Source of the DNA: a virus
Strand: one strand, 5' to 3'
Virus genome (UHGV): UHGV-0371278
DNA: 64,000 nucleotides
Position numbers and translations under genes: made by a program. Each line of letters starts with the position of its first letter. Within the stretch, counting starts at the first letter, position 1. The notes under the pieces are model-generated. The model did not search any database. It saw nothing but the letters and a program-made list of their open reading frames with translations, and was not told where the DNA came from. Shown in pieces: positions 48,473 to 57,122 of the stretch.

Positions 48473-48852
48473 TCGAAAGACACATTGTGGATGCGGAAGT
48501 CGTCGAGCGGATTCGTTCTCTTCGCATGCGACTCAACGTCCTGGATGAAACCCTGCAACGGGCCGTCGACATGGCGATGCTCAGCCACCAGAAATCTCTG
48601 CAAGACCTTCGAACCTATGAAGCTCAGCTCTGGGATGCTCTCAATGCACGTTACGGCCTGTCCGTCGAGAAGACATATGACCTGCGTTTCGAGGGCGAAG
48701 AAGCCGTGCTGGTAGAGGTTCCGCCCGGCGACGGCCAAGGCGATGATTTCATCGTCGAGTCGGAAGCCGAAGCGCTCGCGGCCGGCCAGGAAGCCCTGGG
48801 AGTCGGCGAGGCCGTTGCGTCGACACTCAGCACCAGGAACCACACCGAGTAA
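48469..48852 (+). CDS. hypothetical acidic protein
   Basis: ATGA overlap. Confidence 0.4.
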   Translation: MIERHIVDAEVVERIRSLRMRLNVLDETLQRAVDMAMLSHQKSLQDLRTYEAQLWDALNARYGLSVEKTYDLRFEGEEAVLVEVPPGDGQGDDFIVESEAEALAAGQEALGVGEAVASTLSTRNHTE

Positions 48853-48857
48853 GACCC

Positions 48858-48886
48858 GAAGCCCGGAGCGATCCGGGCTTTTCTAT
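48858..48886. terminator. terminator between convergent units
   Basis: agcccgga/tccgggct stem + ttttc. Confidence 0.6.
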
Positions 48887-48888
48887 GT

Positions 48889-50271
48889 TTAGAAGTCGAA
48901 GAAGCCTTTGGGCTTCCGGATCGGCAGAATGGCCGACATAATCACCGAGTCAGCGATGTTCGGCGACTTGATCTTGCGTTTCTCGCGCATATCCTTCTTG
49001 GACTCGACTTTGAACCGGCCGTTCATGTCCAGGTCTTTGCGCGGCGACGAAAGTTCGATACACAGCTGATTTAGTTTGTCCGGGTGAATCGTTTCAGAGT
49101 TGATCGAGATCAATTCGTCAAATGGATAAACCTTTCCATGCTCAACCGCTTCATAAGTCTTCCGGAATCTGGTCGCGACTTCTTCCCACTTCTGCGCCTT
49201 GATGTTGCTGAAGTGGTCTTTGTTCTTGATCGTCGTGTGCGGCAGCTTCATGTAAACGTCATCAGGCTTATCGACAGCGCCACCCGCATTGAATGGATCA
49301 TAGATCAGTTTGAAGTCGGGGCTGGCATCGTTCAACTCGGCAAACTTCGAACCGACGTGGGCGCCGACGCCGATGGAGTCATAAGTGACCGAGGCGCCTT
49401 TCATCTTCGCAAGATTGTAAACGCGACTGGACGACTTAAGCAGCTCATCTTCCAGACCATCCCATTCGTCCACTTCCATGATGACGTTGCCGTGCATGAG
49501 AGTAGTGGCGTTCGCATCCTCGCCGTCGTCCGCAACGTCGAAGCCGATGCGCTTCGATCCGGCCGGCTCCCAGCCGAGTTTCTTGTGGGCGTCGATGGCC
49601 GCGAAAATGAACTTGAGGTTGATGACGGATTTGTCGCCTCCAGTCTTCGGAATCCCGCCATAAATGTGCTCGGCCTGCTCCCGGTCGCGTTCATAGGCTT
49701 CGTGAATCACTTTGAGCATCGTCTCGCTTAGGAACGGATTTTCGTTCCAGTTGATCATCTTGACGCAGGAGTCTTTCGGTGGTTTGACCACGAAGTTCTG
49801 ATACACGAAATCGGTGACTTCGTTAGGGTTGAAGATGATCCAGATTTCAGAGTTTTCTTTCCGGATGGTCGGCTCGATAACTTCCCACTGCTCCTGTGTC
49901 AGGTAGTGAGCTTCCTCAAGCCAGAGAATGTCGATGCCTTCGGTGGACTTGATTTCCGACAGGTTACGGGCGATCCCATAAAACAGGAACTCTGAGCCGG
50001 TAATCTTGTGCTTGATGGAGTTCTTGGTGAAGATGAATTCGCCATTATACTCTGAGTTTTCGATCTTGTCCTTGACCAACGTGTAGACCGATTCGCTGAT
50101 GCGGTTCTGAAACTGGCGAGCACAGAGGAACTTGAGTCTATAGTTGGCCGCGAGGTAAACGGCGATACCGCCTGCGTCGTGTGACTTCGAAGACGCCCGG
50201 CCGCCATAAATGACTTTGTAACGGGCGCGAGTTCGCCAGACCGCTCGCAGTGCAGGGTTGAGTTTGTACAT
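48889..50271 (-). CDS. terminase large subunit
   Basis: Walker A YGGRASSKSHD, ATPase plus nuclease domains; ATG at MYKL (ORF track start 50334 is GTG). Confidence 0.85.
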   Translation of the reverse strand: MYKLNPALRAVWRTRARYKVIYGGRASSKSHDAGGIAVYLAANYRLKFLCARQFQNRISESVYTLVKDKIENSEYNGEFIFTKNSIKHKITGSEFLFYGIARNLSEIKSTEGIDILWLEEAHYLTQEQWEVIEPTIRKENSEIWIIFNPNEVTDFVYQNFVVKPPKDSCVKMINWNENPFLSETMLKVIHEAYERDREQAEHIYGGIPKTGGDKSVINLKFIFAAIDAHKKLGWEPAGSKRIGFDVADDGEDANATTLMHGNVIMEVDEWDGLEDELLKSSSRVYNLAKMKGASVTYDSIGVGAHVGSKFAELNDASPDFKLIYDPFNAGGAVDKPDDVYMKLPHTTIKNKDHFSNIKAQKWEEVATRFRKTYEAVEHGKVYPFDELISINSETIHPDKLNQLCIELSSPRKDLDMNGRFKVESKKDMREKRKIKSPNIADSVIMSAILPIRKPKGFFDF

Positions 50272-50372
50272 TCTAATCAATCCGGTGTTAGCAATAGGTC
50301 GAGTATATCGACGCCGCAACAGACGGTCGAGCACAACCGTTCGTCGGTGAAAATAATTTTCTCACTCAGACA

Positions 50373-50426
50373 CTTTACTTCCATTCTGACCAACGGCATA
50401 ATCTCTTCATCGAAACGAACAAACAC
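50373..50426 (+). promoter_or_regulatory. promoter-family copy (TTTACT, 17 nt, CATAAT, CTCTTCATCGAAACG)
   Basis: consensus-like. Confidence 0.55.
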
Positions 50427-50441
50427 CTGGAGGGTAAGACG

Positions 50442-50600
50442 ATGAACGCAAACCAGCAAATAGAAGCATTCTTCCTGGCTCGCAAAGCGGAAGGGTGCGG
50501 CAATAGCAGAGCCTTGGATGCGACCGTCGAGCACTTCGCACAATACAACCCTATGTACGTGCGGACTCACATTCGCCACTGCGCGCTTTGGGATACCTAA
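50442..50600 (+). CDS. small protein (52 aa), not in ORF track
   Basis: GGAGGG RBS 8 nt upstream; downstream of promoter copy. Confidence 0.35.
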   Translation: MNANQQIEAFFLARKAEGCGNSRALDATVEHFAQYNPMYVRTHIRHCALWDT

Positions 50601-50691
50601 TCAACATTCGGATGCGGACACGCCTTCCATGGGAGGAAATATTCCTGACGAACAGACCGCTCGTCCACTTTGAGAAATATTTCACAATTCT

Positions 50692-50744
50692 GCTTTACTT
50701 CCATTCTGAATAGCGTCATAATCTCTTCATCGAAACGCGAAACA
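50692..50744 (+). promoter_or_regulatory. promoter-family copy
   Basis: GCTTTACTTCCATTCTGAATAGCGTCATAATCTCTTCATCGAAACGCGAAAC. Confidence 0.55.
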
Positions 50745-50767
50745 CTCCAAAACAGAGGAACGCAGAA

Positions 50768-51019
50768 ATGACCAAATCCAAATGGAACATCGGCAGAAAC
50801 GACACCATCGCAGTCGAGGCCGTAAACAGCCGCGAAGACTTCCGCTGGAATGGCAAGATTCGCGTCATCCACTACAGCGCCGGTCAAATCGTCAACATCA
50901 TCGAGTTCTATCACCACGACCTGGACTGGGCGATCAAGAATTTCGGCATCAAGCTCAAGGCCATCTCCAAGGGCCTGGAAATCCTCCACACCTGCTACTT
51001 CGGGAAGTATGTCAAGTGA
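50768..51019 (+). CDS. hypothetical protein
   Basis: first ORF after promoter. Confidence 0.45.
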   Translation: MTKSKWNIGRNDTIAVEAVNSREDFRWNGKIRVIHYSAGQIVNIIEFYHHDLDWAIKNFGIKLKAISKGLEILHTCYFGKYVK

Positions 51020-51216
51020 TCGTCCAATTCGATTCCCAAGAAGAGAAAATCATCAGCCTGAGAACGCTGTCCAAGTATCGTCGCGCCGGTGGCAAGTTCG
51101 CGCCGGTGGACGGAACTCAGACCGGTCCCTGGGGTCCAGTAGACAACGCGCTCTGGGCGAAGTTCGAAGCCGAAGTCAGGGCAGAATACATCCGCAAACA
51201 GGAGCGTAAAGCATGA
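51016..51216 (+). CDS. hypothetical protein (GTG start overlapping previous TGA)
   Basis: GTGA overlap; C-terminal part of ORF 50782-51216. Confidence 0.3.
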   Translation: MIVQFDSQEEKIISLRTLSKYRRAGGKFAPVDGTQTGPWGPVDNALWAKFEAEVRAEYIRKQERKA

Positions 51217-51428
51217 TCAAGCAAGACCTGTACAAGCAGATCGCCTTCGCGGCGATTGGCTCCGGCATCAAGATGTTCGTCAAGCTGTACTGCAACGACA
51301 CCATCCTGGAAGTCATCGGCGTCGAGGAAGCCCACATTGATGGGACGACTCGGCTTCGTTACACTGGCTACGCAGATGGAATTGGTTTTAACTTCTTCGC
51401 CGACGAAATTGACGTGGTGATGGTATGA
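51213..51428 (+). CDS. hypothetical protein
   Basis: ATGA overlap. Confidence 0.4.
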   Translation: MIKQDLYKQIAFAAIGSGIKMFVKLYCNDTILEVIGVEEAHIDGTTRLRYTGYADGIGFNFFADEIDVVMV

Positions 51429-51637
51429 GTTGCCATTCGATGTTCGACTTTGAAGTCGATTTCAATAGCGCCACCAATAGCGCCACCAATAGCGCCACCA
51501 TGGAGATCGATCCCGGCTCATTCTATGTAGGCTTCGGGTTTGGCGCGACTGCTCTGTCAGTCCTGATCTATGTAGATGGAGTATGGGTGAGCGAACGGAC
51601 GGCATGGATTCCAGATCCAAAGGAAATATCGCCATGA
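51425..51637 (+). CDS. hypothetical protein with SATN tandem repeat
   Basis: ATGA overlap; 12-nt x3 repeat 51466-51500. Confidence 0.4.
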   Translation: MSCHSMFDFEVDFNSATNSATNSATMEIDPGSFYVGFGFGATALSVLIYVDGVWVSERTAWIPDPKEISP

Positions 51638-51846
51638 GCAAGCGCAAAAACGATCAAGGCGGCTGGGCGCAACCCGGCGCTGCTCGCAAAGTCCACTTCT
51701 TCACGGCGGACGGCCGCAGTCTGTGCAAGCGCTGGCTGTACTTCGGCAAGATTTACAACGAGCTGCCTGATCTGGAAATCACCTGCGCGATATGCGAGAA
51801 GAAGCGCCAGAGTCCTTTCGAGAAATACTGCGACACCATTCTCTAA
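51634..51846 (+). CDS. putative zinc-ribbon protein
   Basis: ATGA overlap; CKRW...CAICEKK. Confidence 0.4.
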   Translation: MSKRKNDQGGWAQPGAARKVHFFTADGRSLCKRWLYFGKIYNELPDLEITCAICEKKRQSPFEKYCDTIL

Positions 51847-51877
51847 CTTTCAAATCTTCCAAAACCGAGGAACAGTT

Positions 51878-52522
51878 ATGAAACTCTACCATGCAAAAGT
51901 CAGCCCTCCATCCTTCTATCGCCACAACCAGACCGACGAAGAGCGGAAAGCCTTGGAAGCGGAATATGTCAGCAAGCTCCATGTTCTACTGGGGAACCTG
52001 GAAGGCGTAACAATCGGGAATCCTGGTGAGCGGAACTGGGAGCCGTCCACCTGGAGCAACGACGTTCCCGTGGTGTGTAATGAAATCGGCCTGGGCCGTC
52101 TGACCGCTTCAGCCTGGGATCTGGACAATGACTATCCGTACACCATCATCAGCCTGGTCCTTCTCTGGGACGACGTTGACCCGGAAGCTGCTCTGCGACC
52201 CATGTTGGAACGCCTGGAGCTGGCCGCGAGCCGGTTGGCTGGCAGGTCCGAAGGCTACATCAACCAACCGCAGATGGTGCACGGAATCGAGGGCTGGAAT
52301 TCACTCACCGGTTCGGCTATTCCTGGCCCGAACCTCCAGAACGTCAACCGTCTTCTGCTCAAGGAAGACTGCTGCACGGACGAACTCCAGAATGCCCTGG
52401 ACGCAGGATGGCGCCTTCTCGCCGTATGTCCGCAGGAAGCGCGTCGGCCCGACTACATCCTGGGTCGATTCGATCCTGTCCCGCCGACCGGACCGCGTGG
52501 TGCGGACAGGAGCATCGATTAA
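51878..52522 (+). CDS. hypothetical protein
   Basis: GAGGAAC RBS. Confidence 0.45.
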   Translation: MKLYHAKVSPPSFYRHNQTDEERKALEAEYVSKLHVLLGNLEGVTIGNPGERNWEPSTWSNDVPVVCNEIGLGRLTASAWDLDNDYPYTIISLVLLWDDVDPEAALRPMLERLELAASRLAGRSEGYINQPQMVHGIEGWNSLTGSAIPGPNLQNVNRLLLKEDCCTDELQNALDAGWRLLAVCPQEARRPDYILGRFDPVPPTGPRGADRSID

Positions 52523-52849
52523 ATGACCATGGTAGGCCCGGCTGGCAAGCGCTACTGGCTTCGGTATGAAACCAGATACTGGGAGTGTCTTGACGGACAA
52601 ACCCTGCGGCTGGTCTTCGTCATCAACGGTCGCCGGTACGAGGTCAATCGACGAGTGAATGTCGACATCCTGTCCAGTCGGCGCAGGTTTGAATCTTTCG
52701 GCCGAGTCCTGGCAAGGATGGAAATAAGCTTGTGGTTCGCAGTGTGCGAGCAAGAAGGTCCATGGCGCGGTAGCGTAGCCATAAGCGATACCGCACTTTG
52801 GTTCCACCTGACGGGAGAATTGGTACACAAATGCTTTACTCGGCGGTGA
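52523..52849 (+). CDS. hypothetical protein
   Basis: adjacent start. Confidence 0.4.
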   Translation: MTMVGPAGKRYWLRYETRYWECLDGQTLRLVFVINGRRYEVNRRVNVDILSSRRRFESFGRVLARMEISLWFAVCEQEGPWRGSVAISDTALWFHLTGELVHKCFTRR

Positions 52850-52880
52850 GAATCATGGCATAATCTCTTCACCGGCTGAG
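52834..52880 (+). promoter_or_regulatory. promoter-family copy (variant leader)
   Basis: GCTTTACT ... GGCATAATCTCTTCACCGG. Confidence 0.45.
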
Positions 52881-52914
52881 AAGTCGGACCCGAAGTCCAA
52901 AAAGGAATCTCGAA

Positions 52915-53139
52915 ATGTACAGAACTCCCTCGTCCAAATTCACGTTCATCTGCAACGGACTCGCCCAGAGTACTGAAGTGACGGTCCTGCTCCGGACGCA
53001 GAAACCGGAAGACGTATGGGTGGTGGACGAAGCTCCATCCGCTGATCTGATTCGTATTCACGAACGCAGCAACAAACGCCGTCGCCGTACCATCAAAATC
53101 ATCGACGTGGACTCCGTGTCCATCCTTCACAAACGTTAA
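52915..53139 (+). CDS. hypothetical protein
   Basis: AAGGAA RBS. Confidence 0.4.
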   Translation: MYRTPSSKFTFICNGLAQSTEVTVLLRTQKPEDVWVVDEAPSADLIRIHERSNKRRRRTIKIIDVDSVSILHKR

Positions 53140-53191
53140 TCCATCGGCGCGGTCGGGATCGTTCTGGCCGCGCCTTCCACAGGAGGTTATT

Positions 53192-53419
53192 ATGGCCAAG
53201 GTTATGTTGGCTTGTGAACTGACCGTAGGCGACGAAATACTCACCCATGTGGACGACAGTGACCCCATTCGGCGTCGAGCCATAGTCCTGCGCACCAGTC
53301 CTGCTCCGAACAACAAAATAAGCGTCGGACTGTCAGCACTTATCGGCGGTGAGTGGAAGGACTTCGGGATTAAACTCAGAAGTGACTACCCAACCATCAT
53401 CTGGAACTCAATCGAATAG
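53192..53419 (+). CDS. hypothetical protein, tandem paralogue 1
   Basis: MAKVMLACELTVGDEIL...RRRAIVL vs MAKVVRVDELKTGDEIL...RNRAIVL. Confidence 0.45.
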   Translation: MAKVMLACELTVGDEILTHVDDSDPIRRRAIVLRTSPAPNNKISVGLSALIGGEWKDFGIKLRSDYPTIIWNSIE

Positions 53420-53428
53420 GAGAACGAC

Positions 53429-53650
53429 ATGGCAAAAGTAGTAAGGGTGGACGAACTCAAAACGGGCGACGAGATTCTGATCAAGCTCAGTCCCGACAGC
53501 GCAGCAAGGAACAGGGCCATCGTCCTGTCGGTCGAACTATGGCGTGGTGAAGTAACTCTGGAGTTGACCTGCCCGGTCGGCGACTACTGGGAAGACTGGC
53601 GCGGGAAATATGTCGAGTACACCAAAGTCGTCCTGATGAAGCGCGACTAA
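53429..53650 (+). CDS. hypothetical protein, tandem paralogue 2
   Basis: see paralogue 1. Confidence 0.45.
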   Translation: MAKVVRVDELKTGDEILIKLSPDSAARNRAIVLSVELWRGEVTLELTCPVGDYWEDWRGKYVEYTKVVLMKRD

Positions 53651-53695
53651 CGACTAGCCTCTGCCATTCGGTGGAGGCTTCACCATGGGAGATCA

Positions 53696-54016
53696 TTGAT
53701 GCCTGACAAAGAACAAACAGCAAATGCTCATTACTGGGTGACGGTCAGTCCGACCGATCTGTCAAGCGCGTCGGCCGCGCAGCGACTCTGCGAAACGATC
53801 AATCTGAACATGACGCGAGGCGTCGCAGCCTACATCAAGTTCTACGGCTCGAAAGGCGAAGCATTGGTGACGCGAGTCATTCCGCACCAGTGCGAACTCT
53901 TCGTGAATGACGAGTCCGGAACGAATCGTCGCCGGACTGCGATGATGATCGAGTACATACGCTTCAAAGTTCCGGCCGGAATGTCTCTGGTCGAGCATAC
54001 CAAGCAACCTTACTGA
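53696..54016 (+). CDS. hypothetical protein
   Basis: ORF tiling. Confidence 0.4.
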   Translation: MMPDKEQTANAHYWVTVSPTDLSSASAAQRLCETINLNMTRGVAAYIKFYGSKGEALVTRVIPHQCELFVNDESGTNRRRTAMMIEYIRFKVPAGMSLVEHTKQPY

Positions 54017-54025
54017 GGGCGCATC

Positions 54026-54631
54026 ATGCTATACATCTGGGAAGATCAAGATATCCATCACGGAACTGAAACTCTGGCGTTCGTCGGCGAGGAAAAGTCA
54101 CCCTTTTGGATCACGGAATTCAAACGCGGTAATCTGTTCGCCATCATCGAGGATGGAACCGGCCATATCATGGTTGGTCCGTTGACCAGCGAAGCGACAG
54201 CGGAATGGCTAACGCTGAACGGCCACGTGCCTGCCGAGATTAGCCACGGTCCTGGGAAGTACAAGAACCCGTATGTATGGGCAGATTCCATCGCCCTGAA
54301 AACGCTGGCGAACCATCAGAACATGCGCTGCGTCACCAGGCCAATCGTTGGCGTCGATCCCGCAGAACCGGGCAACGACACGACAGTTCACTACGAGCCG
54401 AAAGAACCGAGCCTTCCCGACCTCCCAGAAGGGCCGATGTCTCCACCAGCTCCGCCCGCGCCTCCAGTGCCGAAAGCACCAAAAGCTCCGCCCGCGCCTC
54501 CGGCACCGCAGGTAAGCAGGCGGCCTGAACCGCTGGGGCTTCGGTCCGGGGCCATCCCGTCCAGTCCGTCGCCCGCGTCGGACAACGATAAGCCTGGCGA
54601 CCTGCCTGTCGAGCCGATCCCGACCTTCTGA
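54026..54631 (+). CDS. hypothetical protein with Pro-rich (PPAPPAP) C-terminal region
   Basis: ORF; followed by terminator. Confidence 0.45.
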   Translation: MLYIWEDQDIHHGTETLAFVGEEKSPFWITEFKRGNLFAIIEDGTGHIMVGPLTSEATAEWLTLNGHVPAEISHGPGKYKNPYVWADSIALKTLANHQNMRCVTRPIVGVDPAEPGNDTTVHYEPKEPSLPDLPEGPMSPPAPPAPPVPKAPKAPPAPPAPQVSRRPEPLGLRSGAIPSSPSPASDNDKPGDLPVEPIPTF

Positions 54632-54650
54632 CCGTCGCAGCATCGTCCAG

Positions 54651-54681
54651 AAAACACCGCAGCCTGTCCTGCGGTGTTTTC
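54651..54681 (+). terminator. rho-independent terminator
   Basis: aacaccgcag/ctgcggtgtt stem + tttt. Confidence 0.6.
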
Positions 54682-54730
54682 ACATCCGACAACCGTTCGT
54701 CGGGTTCGTCGTCATTATGCTGAAATAAAT

Positions 54731-54772
54731 GTAGACACGCAGCATCGACCTAGGCATAATCTCTTTCAACGG
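54731..54772 (+). promoter_or_regulatory. promoter-family copy (TAGACA, 17 nt, CATAAT variant)
   Basis: TAGGCATAATCTCTTTCAACGG. Confidence 0.45.
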
Positions 54773-54822
54773 GGCGACAAACTGAAGCCCGAACGAAATC
54801 TTCCAAAACAGAGGATCGCAAA

Positions 54823-55437
54823 ATGACCAACTCCATCAAAACCTTCGGCGACATCCAGAACGCAGAAATGAAAGAACTGGTCGCCTTCTACAACGCCCAC
54901 AACGCCGATGCGACTGTCAAGCGCTTCTCCGACCGCAAGACCGCCGAGCGTCGCTGCCTCGCCATCCTGAACGCTCTGCCGGCCGAGGAAGAAGCCTTCC
55001 AGGAAGAGGAAGTCCCGGCAAAGGTTTACAAAACCCGCACTTCCAAGAAGAAGGAAGAAGAGAAGGCCGAGGAAGAAAATCTGAAGCCGGAGGAAGAGGT
55101 CACCGAAGAGGAAGCGCTGGAAGAAATCCGGAAGATGCGCGAAGAGGCGAAGAAAGCGCCAGAGAAGGTCAAAGAGACCAAAGACCTGTCAGCAGCCATC
55201 GCCAACTCCTGGAAAGACACGGAAGTCGCCCGCAAGCGCACCCAGCGTCATGGCGTGGCTGTAACCGTCAAAGGTAAACGCGGTGAGTTCCGGTCCACCA
55301 ACGCAGCATTCATCGAGTTCGGCCTGCCCTCTTCGAAGCACATCCGCTTCCGCATGCAGCTGAAGGGGGCCGGCAAATTGACCTTCGAGCACGAAGGCGT
55401 CAAATACAACTTCGAAATCATCGAAGCTGGAGAATAA
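54823..55437 (+). CDS. hypothetical protein with acidic KEEE-rich central region
   Basis: GAGGA RBS; bracketed by promoter and terminator. Confidence 0.5.
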   Translation: MTNSIKTFGDIQNAEMKELVAFYNAHNADATVKRFSDRKTAERRCLAILNALPAEEEAFQEEEVPAKVYKTRTSKKKEEEKAEEENLKPEEEVTEEEALEEIRKMREEAKKAPEKVKETKDLSAAIANSWKDTEVARKRTQRHGVAVTVKGKRGEFRSTNAAFIEFGLPSSKHIRFRMQLKGAGKLTFEHEGVKYNFEIIEAGE

Positions 55438-55448
55438 GAAACCCAAAA

Positions 55449-55490
55449 GAAAGCCCCGGATTCTGAACTAGAGTCCGGGGCTTTGTCGCT
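55449..55490. terminator. bidirectional terminator
   Basis: aagccccgga/tccggggctt stem with A-run upstream and T-run downstream. Confidence 0.65.
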
Positions 55491-55604
55491 TCTGATCGTT
55501 ATTGGTCGGCTTCCTAGAACAGCCCTAGAATCGTTTTTCGTCCCTTCCCGCTACCGTCGCCTTAGTTCGGTCCGATTCGGGCCTAGAACGATGTTATTTT
55601 ATGT

Positions 55605-56177
55605 CTAAATGGGGTTGGCGCGGTCTTCCTCGGTCGGTTCCGGCGTCGGGGACGGGAAATCGCCCTCTTCGCCGTTCTGTACATAGCCATTGGCTTCGGC
55701 CGCTGCAGCGACGGTCGCGGTTTGAGCCTCGGCTTCCGATGCGTAGAAGTCTGCCAATCCGCGACCGATCCTGGTTTTGCCAGACTCGTCAACGAACGTG
55801 ATTTCGGCCAGAACGTTCAATTCCTTGATGGCCGACAGACGGCTGGAGTCCTTGACAGTGGGATCGCGAACCATCTGGAGAAGTTCGTGAAGCGCCGTCT
55901 TTGGGTTCCACAGATCTGCTGTTCTGGTCGCATTCAGCTTGGCCTTGAACTGCTTGCGATAGTACGGGTTGGACTCCATTGCGAAGATGCGAGCCTGGGC
56001 CGGTCCGTCCATATGCTCTTCGCCCCAGATCGCCCGGAAGACCCGCCAGGAGCTATAGCCTTGAACGCGCAGGTCGATGTACAGATCGAAACGCTTCTGG
56101 TTGATCGCCGCGAACTGCGGATCAGCGAATTCTTGTGGCGTGACTAAATCGTCGGGTCTGTAGGATTTGGCGGTCAT
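55605..56177 (-). CDS. helix-turn-helix-like DNA-binding protein, possible terminase small subunit
   Basis: size and WNPKTALHELLQM...SRLSAIKELNVL region reminiscent of small terminases; first ATG of a GTG-led ORF; location is atypical (5 kb from TerL). Confidence 0.3.
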   Translation of the reverse strand: MTAKSYRPDDLVTPQEFADPQFAAINQKRFDLYIDLRVQGYSSWRVFRAIWGEEHMDGPAQARIFAMESNPYYRKQFKAKLNATRTADLWNPKTALHELLQMVRDPTVKDSSRLSAIKELNVLAEITFVDESGKTRIGRGLADFYASEAEAQTATVAAAAEANGYVQNGEEGDFPSPTPEPTEEDRANPI

Positions 56178-56261
56178 TTGTTGCTGCGTCCCTGGAGTTC
56201 GATTCTTGGACCATCGCGGTGGCTTGTTTGGCGGATGGGGCCTGGTGCTTTGCCGCGACAC

Positions 56262-57094
56262 TGAGTATGGCGCGATTGTACTATGGGGCCAGGGAGCACG
56301 TCTATGGGCTGCTGGTGGTTGGCCTGTAGGTCTGGGTGGGTTTGATGGTGAATGAGTGTTAGGTGGTGTTATAGGATGTTATATGGGCGGTCCGCTGGCG
56401 AGTGAGGATCGGATTGGCTGGTGGCGGGCGATGGTGGCGGTGAGTGTTTGGATTGAATGTTAAATCGAATGTTAGGAATATGTCCAGATGAGCGATTCTG
56501 CCTTGTGGCCAAATTTCCGGTTCCGCTCGTCGAGTTTTGGTCACTGCCGCTTAGTCCGCCGTGGTGTTGCCGCTGCCCATGGTTTGGAAGGACGGAAGTT
56601 TCCGGCGACCCTGCCGCGAGTTGAGCGGAATCGGAAACTTGACTGGTAGTGTACAGGCTTAGTGCCGCGAGGCTTTCAAACCTAAAACCATAACAAATTA
56701 CCAAATTCCCATTAATTTTATTAATTTTAAAGATAGGTAACGTACGTGATAGATTTTTTCTATTAGGATTGTGCAATCGATTTTCGCTGTAGAATAGTTT
56801 TAAACCATGCTCGGAAAACTGGGAATTCGGGAAAACGGCCGCAAACCCACGCGGCAGTAGGCCTCCCGAATTCCCAGTCAGAATAGCAATCCAGGAATTT
56901 GCGGCTATTTCCCACAAAAAATCCACCTCAAACCCACAATTTCTCAACATTTCACGCAAAATCCAACCATCATACACTCCAGACCAATACCGAAAATCTA
57001 TCAATTCCCCACAATACACCGCCGCCACAACACCCTAATTCCCACATAGCTTTCGAACCTCACCCGTTCACAGGCTAAATTAATGTTCTCCGCG
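56262..57094. repeat. noncoding element B: strand-skewed iteron-like GT-rich (56300-56490) and CA-rich (56911-57055) arms around an AT-rich core bounded by imperfect inverted repeats gcttagtgccgcgag (56657-56671) / cgcggcagtaggc (56850-56863); candidate replication origin
   Basis: about 830 bp without credible ORF; homologous to element A; adjacent to primase genes. Confidence 0.5.
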
Positions 57095-57122
57095 CCAAAG
57101 AAAAGACCGCCCGAAGGCGGCC
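57095..57122 (-). terminator. terminator after primase operon
   Basis: ccgcc cgaa ggcgg stem followed (minus strand) by ttttctttgg. Confidence 0.45.

Noticed and set aside
51466-51500. Possible CRISPR-like array
   Set aside because: Only 12-nt contiguous tandem units without spacers, inside a coding frame; not CRISPR.
56369-57028. 219-aa minus-strand ORF inside element B
   Set aside because: Spans the GT/CA-skewed repeat arms and AT-rich core; aberrant composition; no RBS; region better explained as noncoding origin-like DNA.
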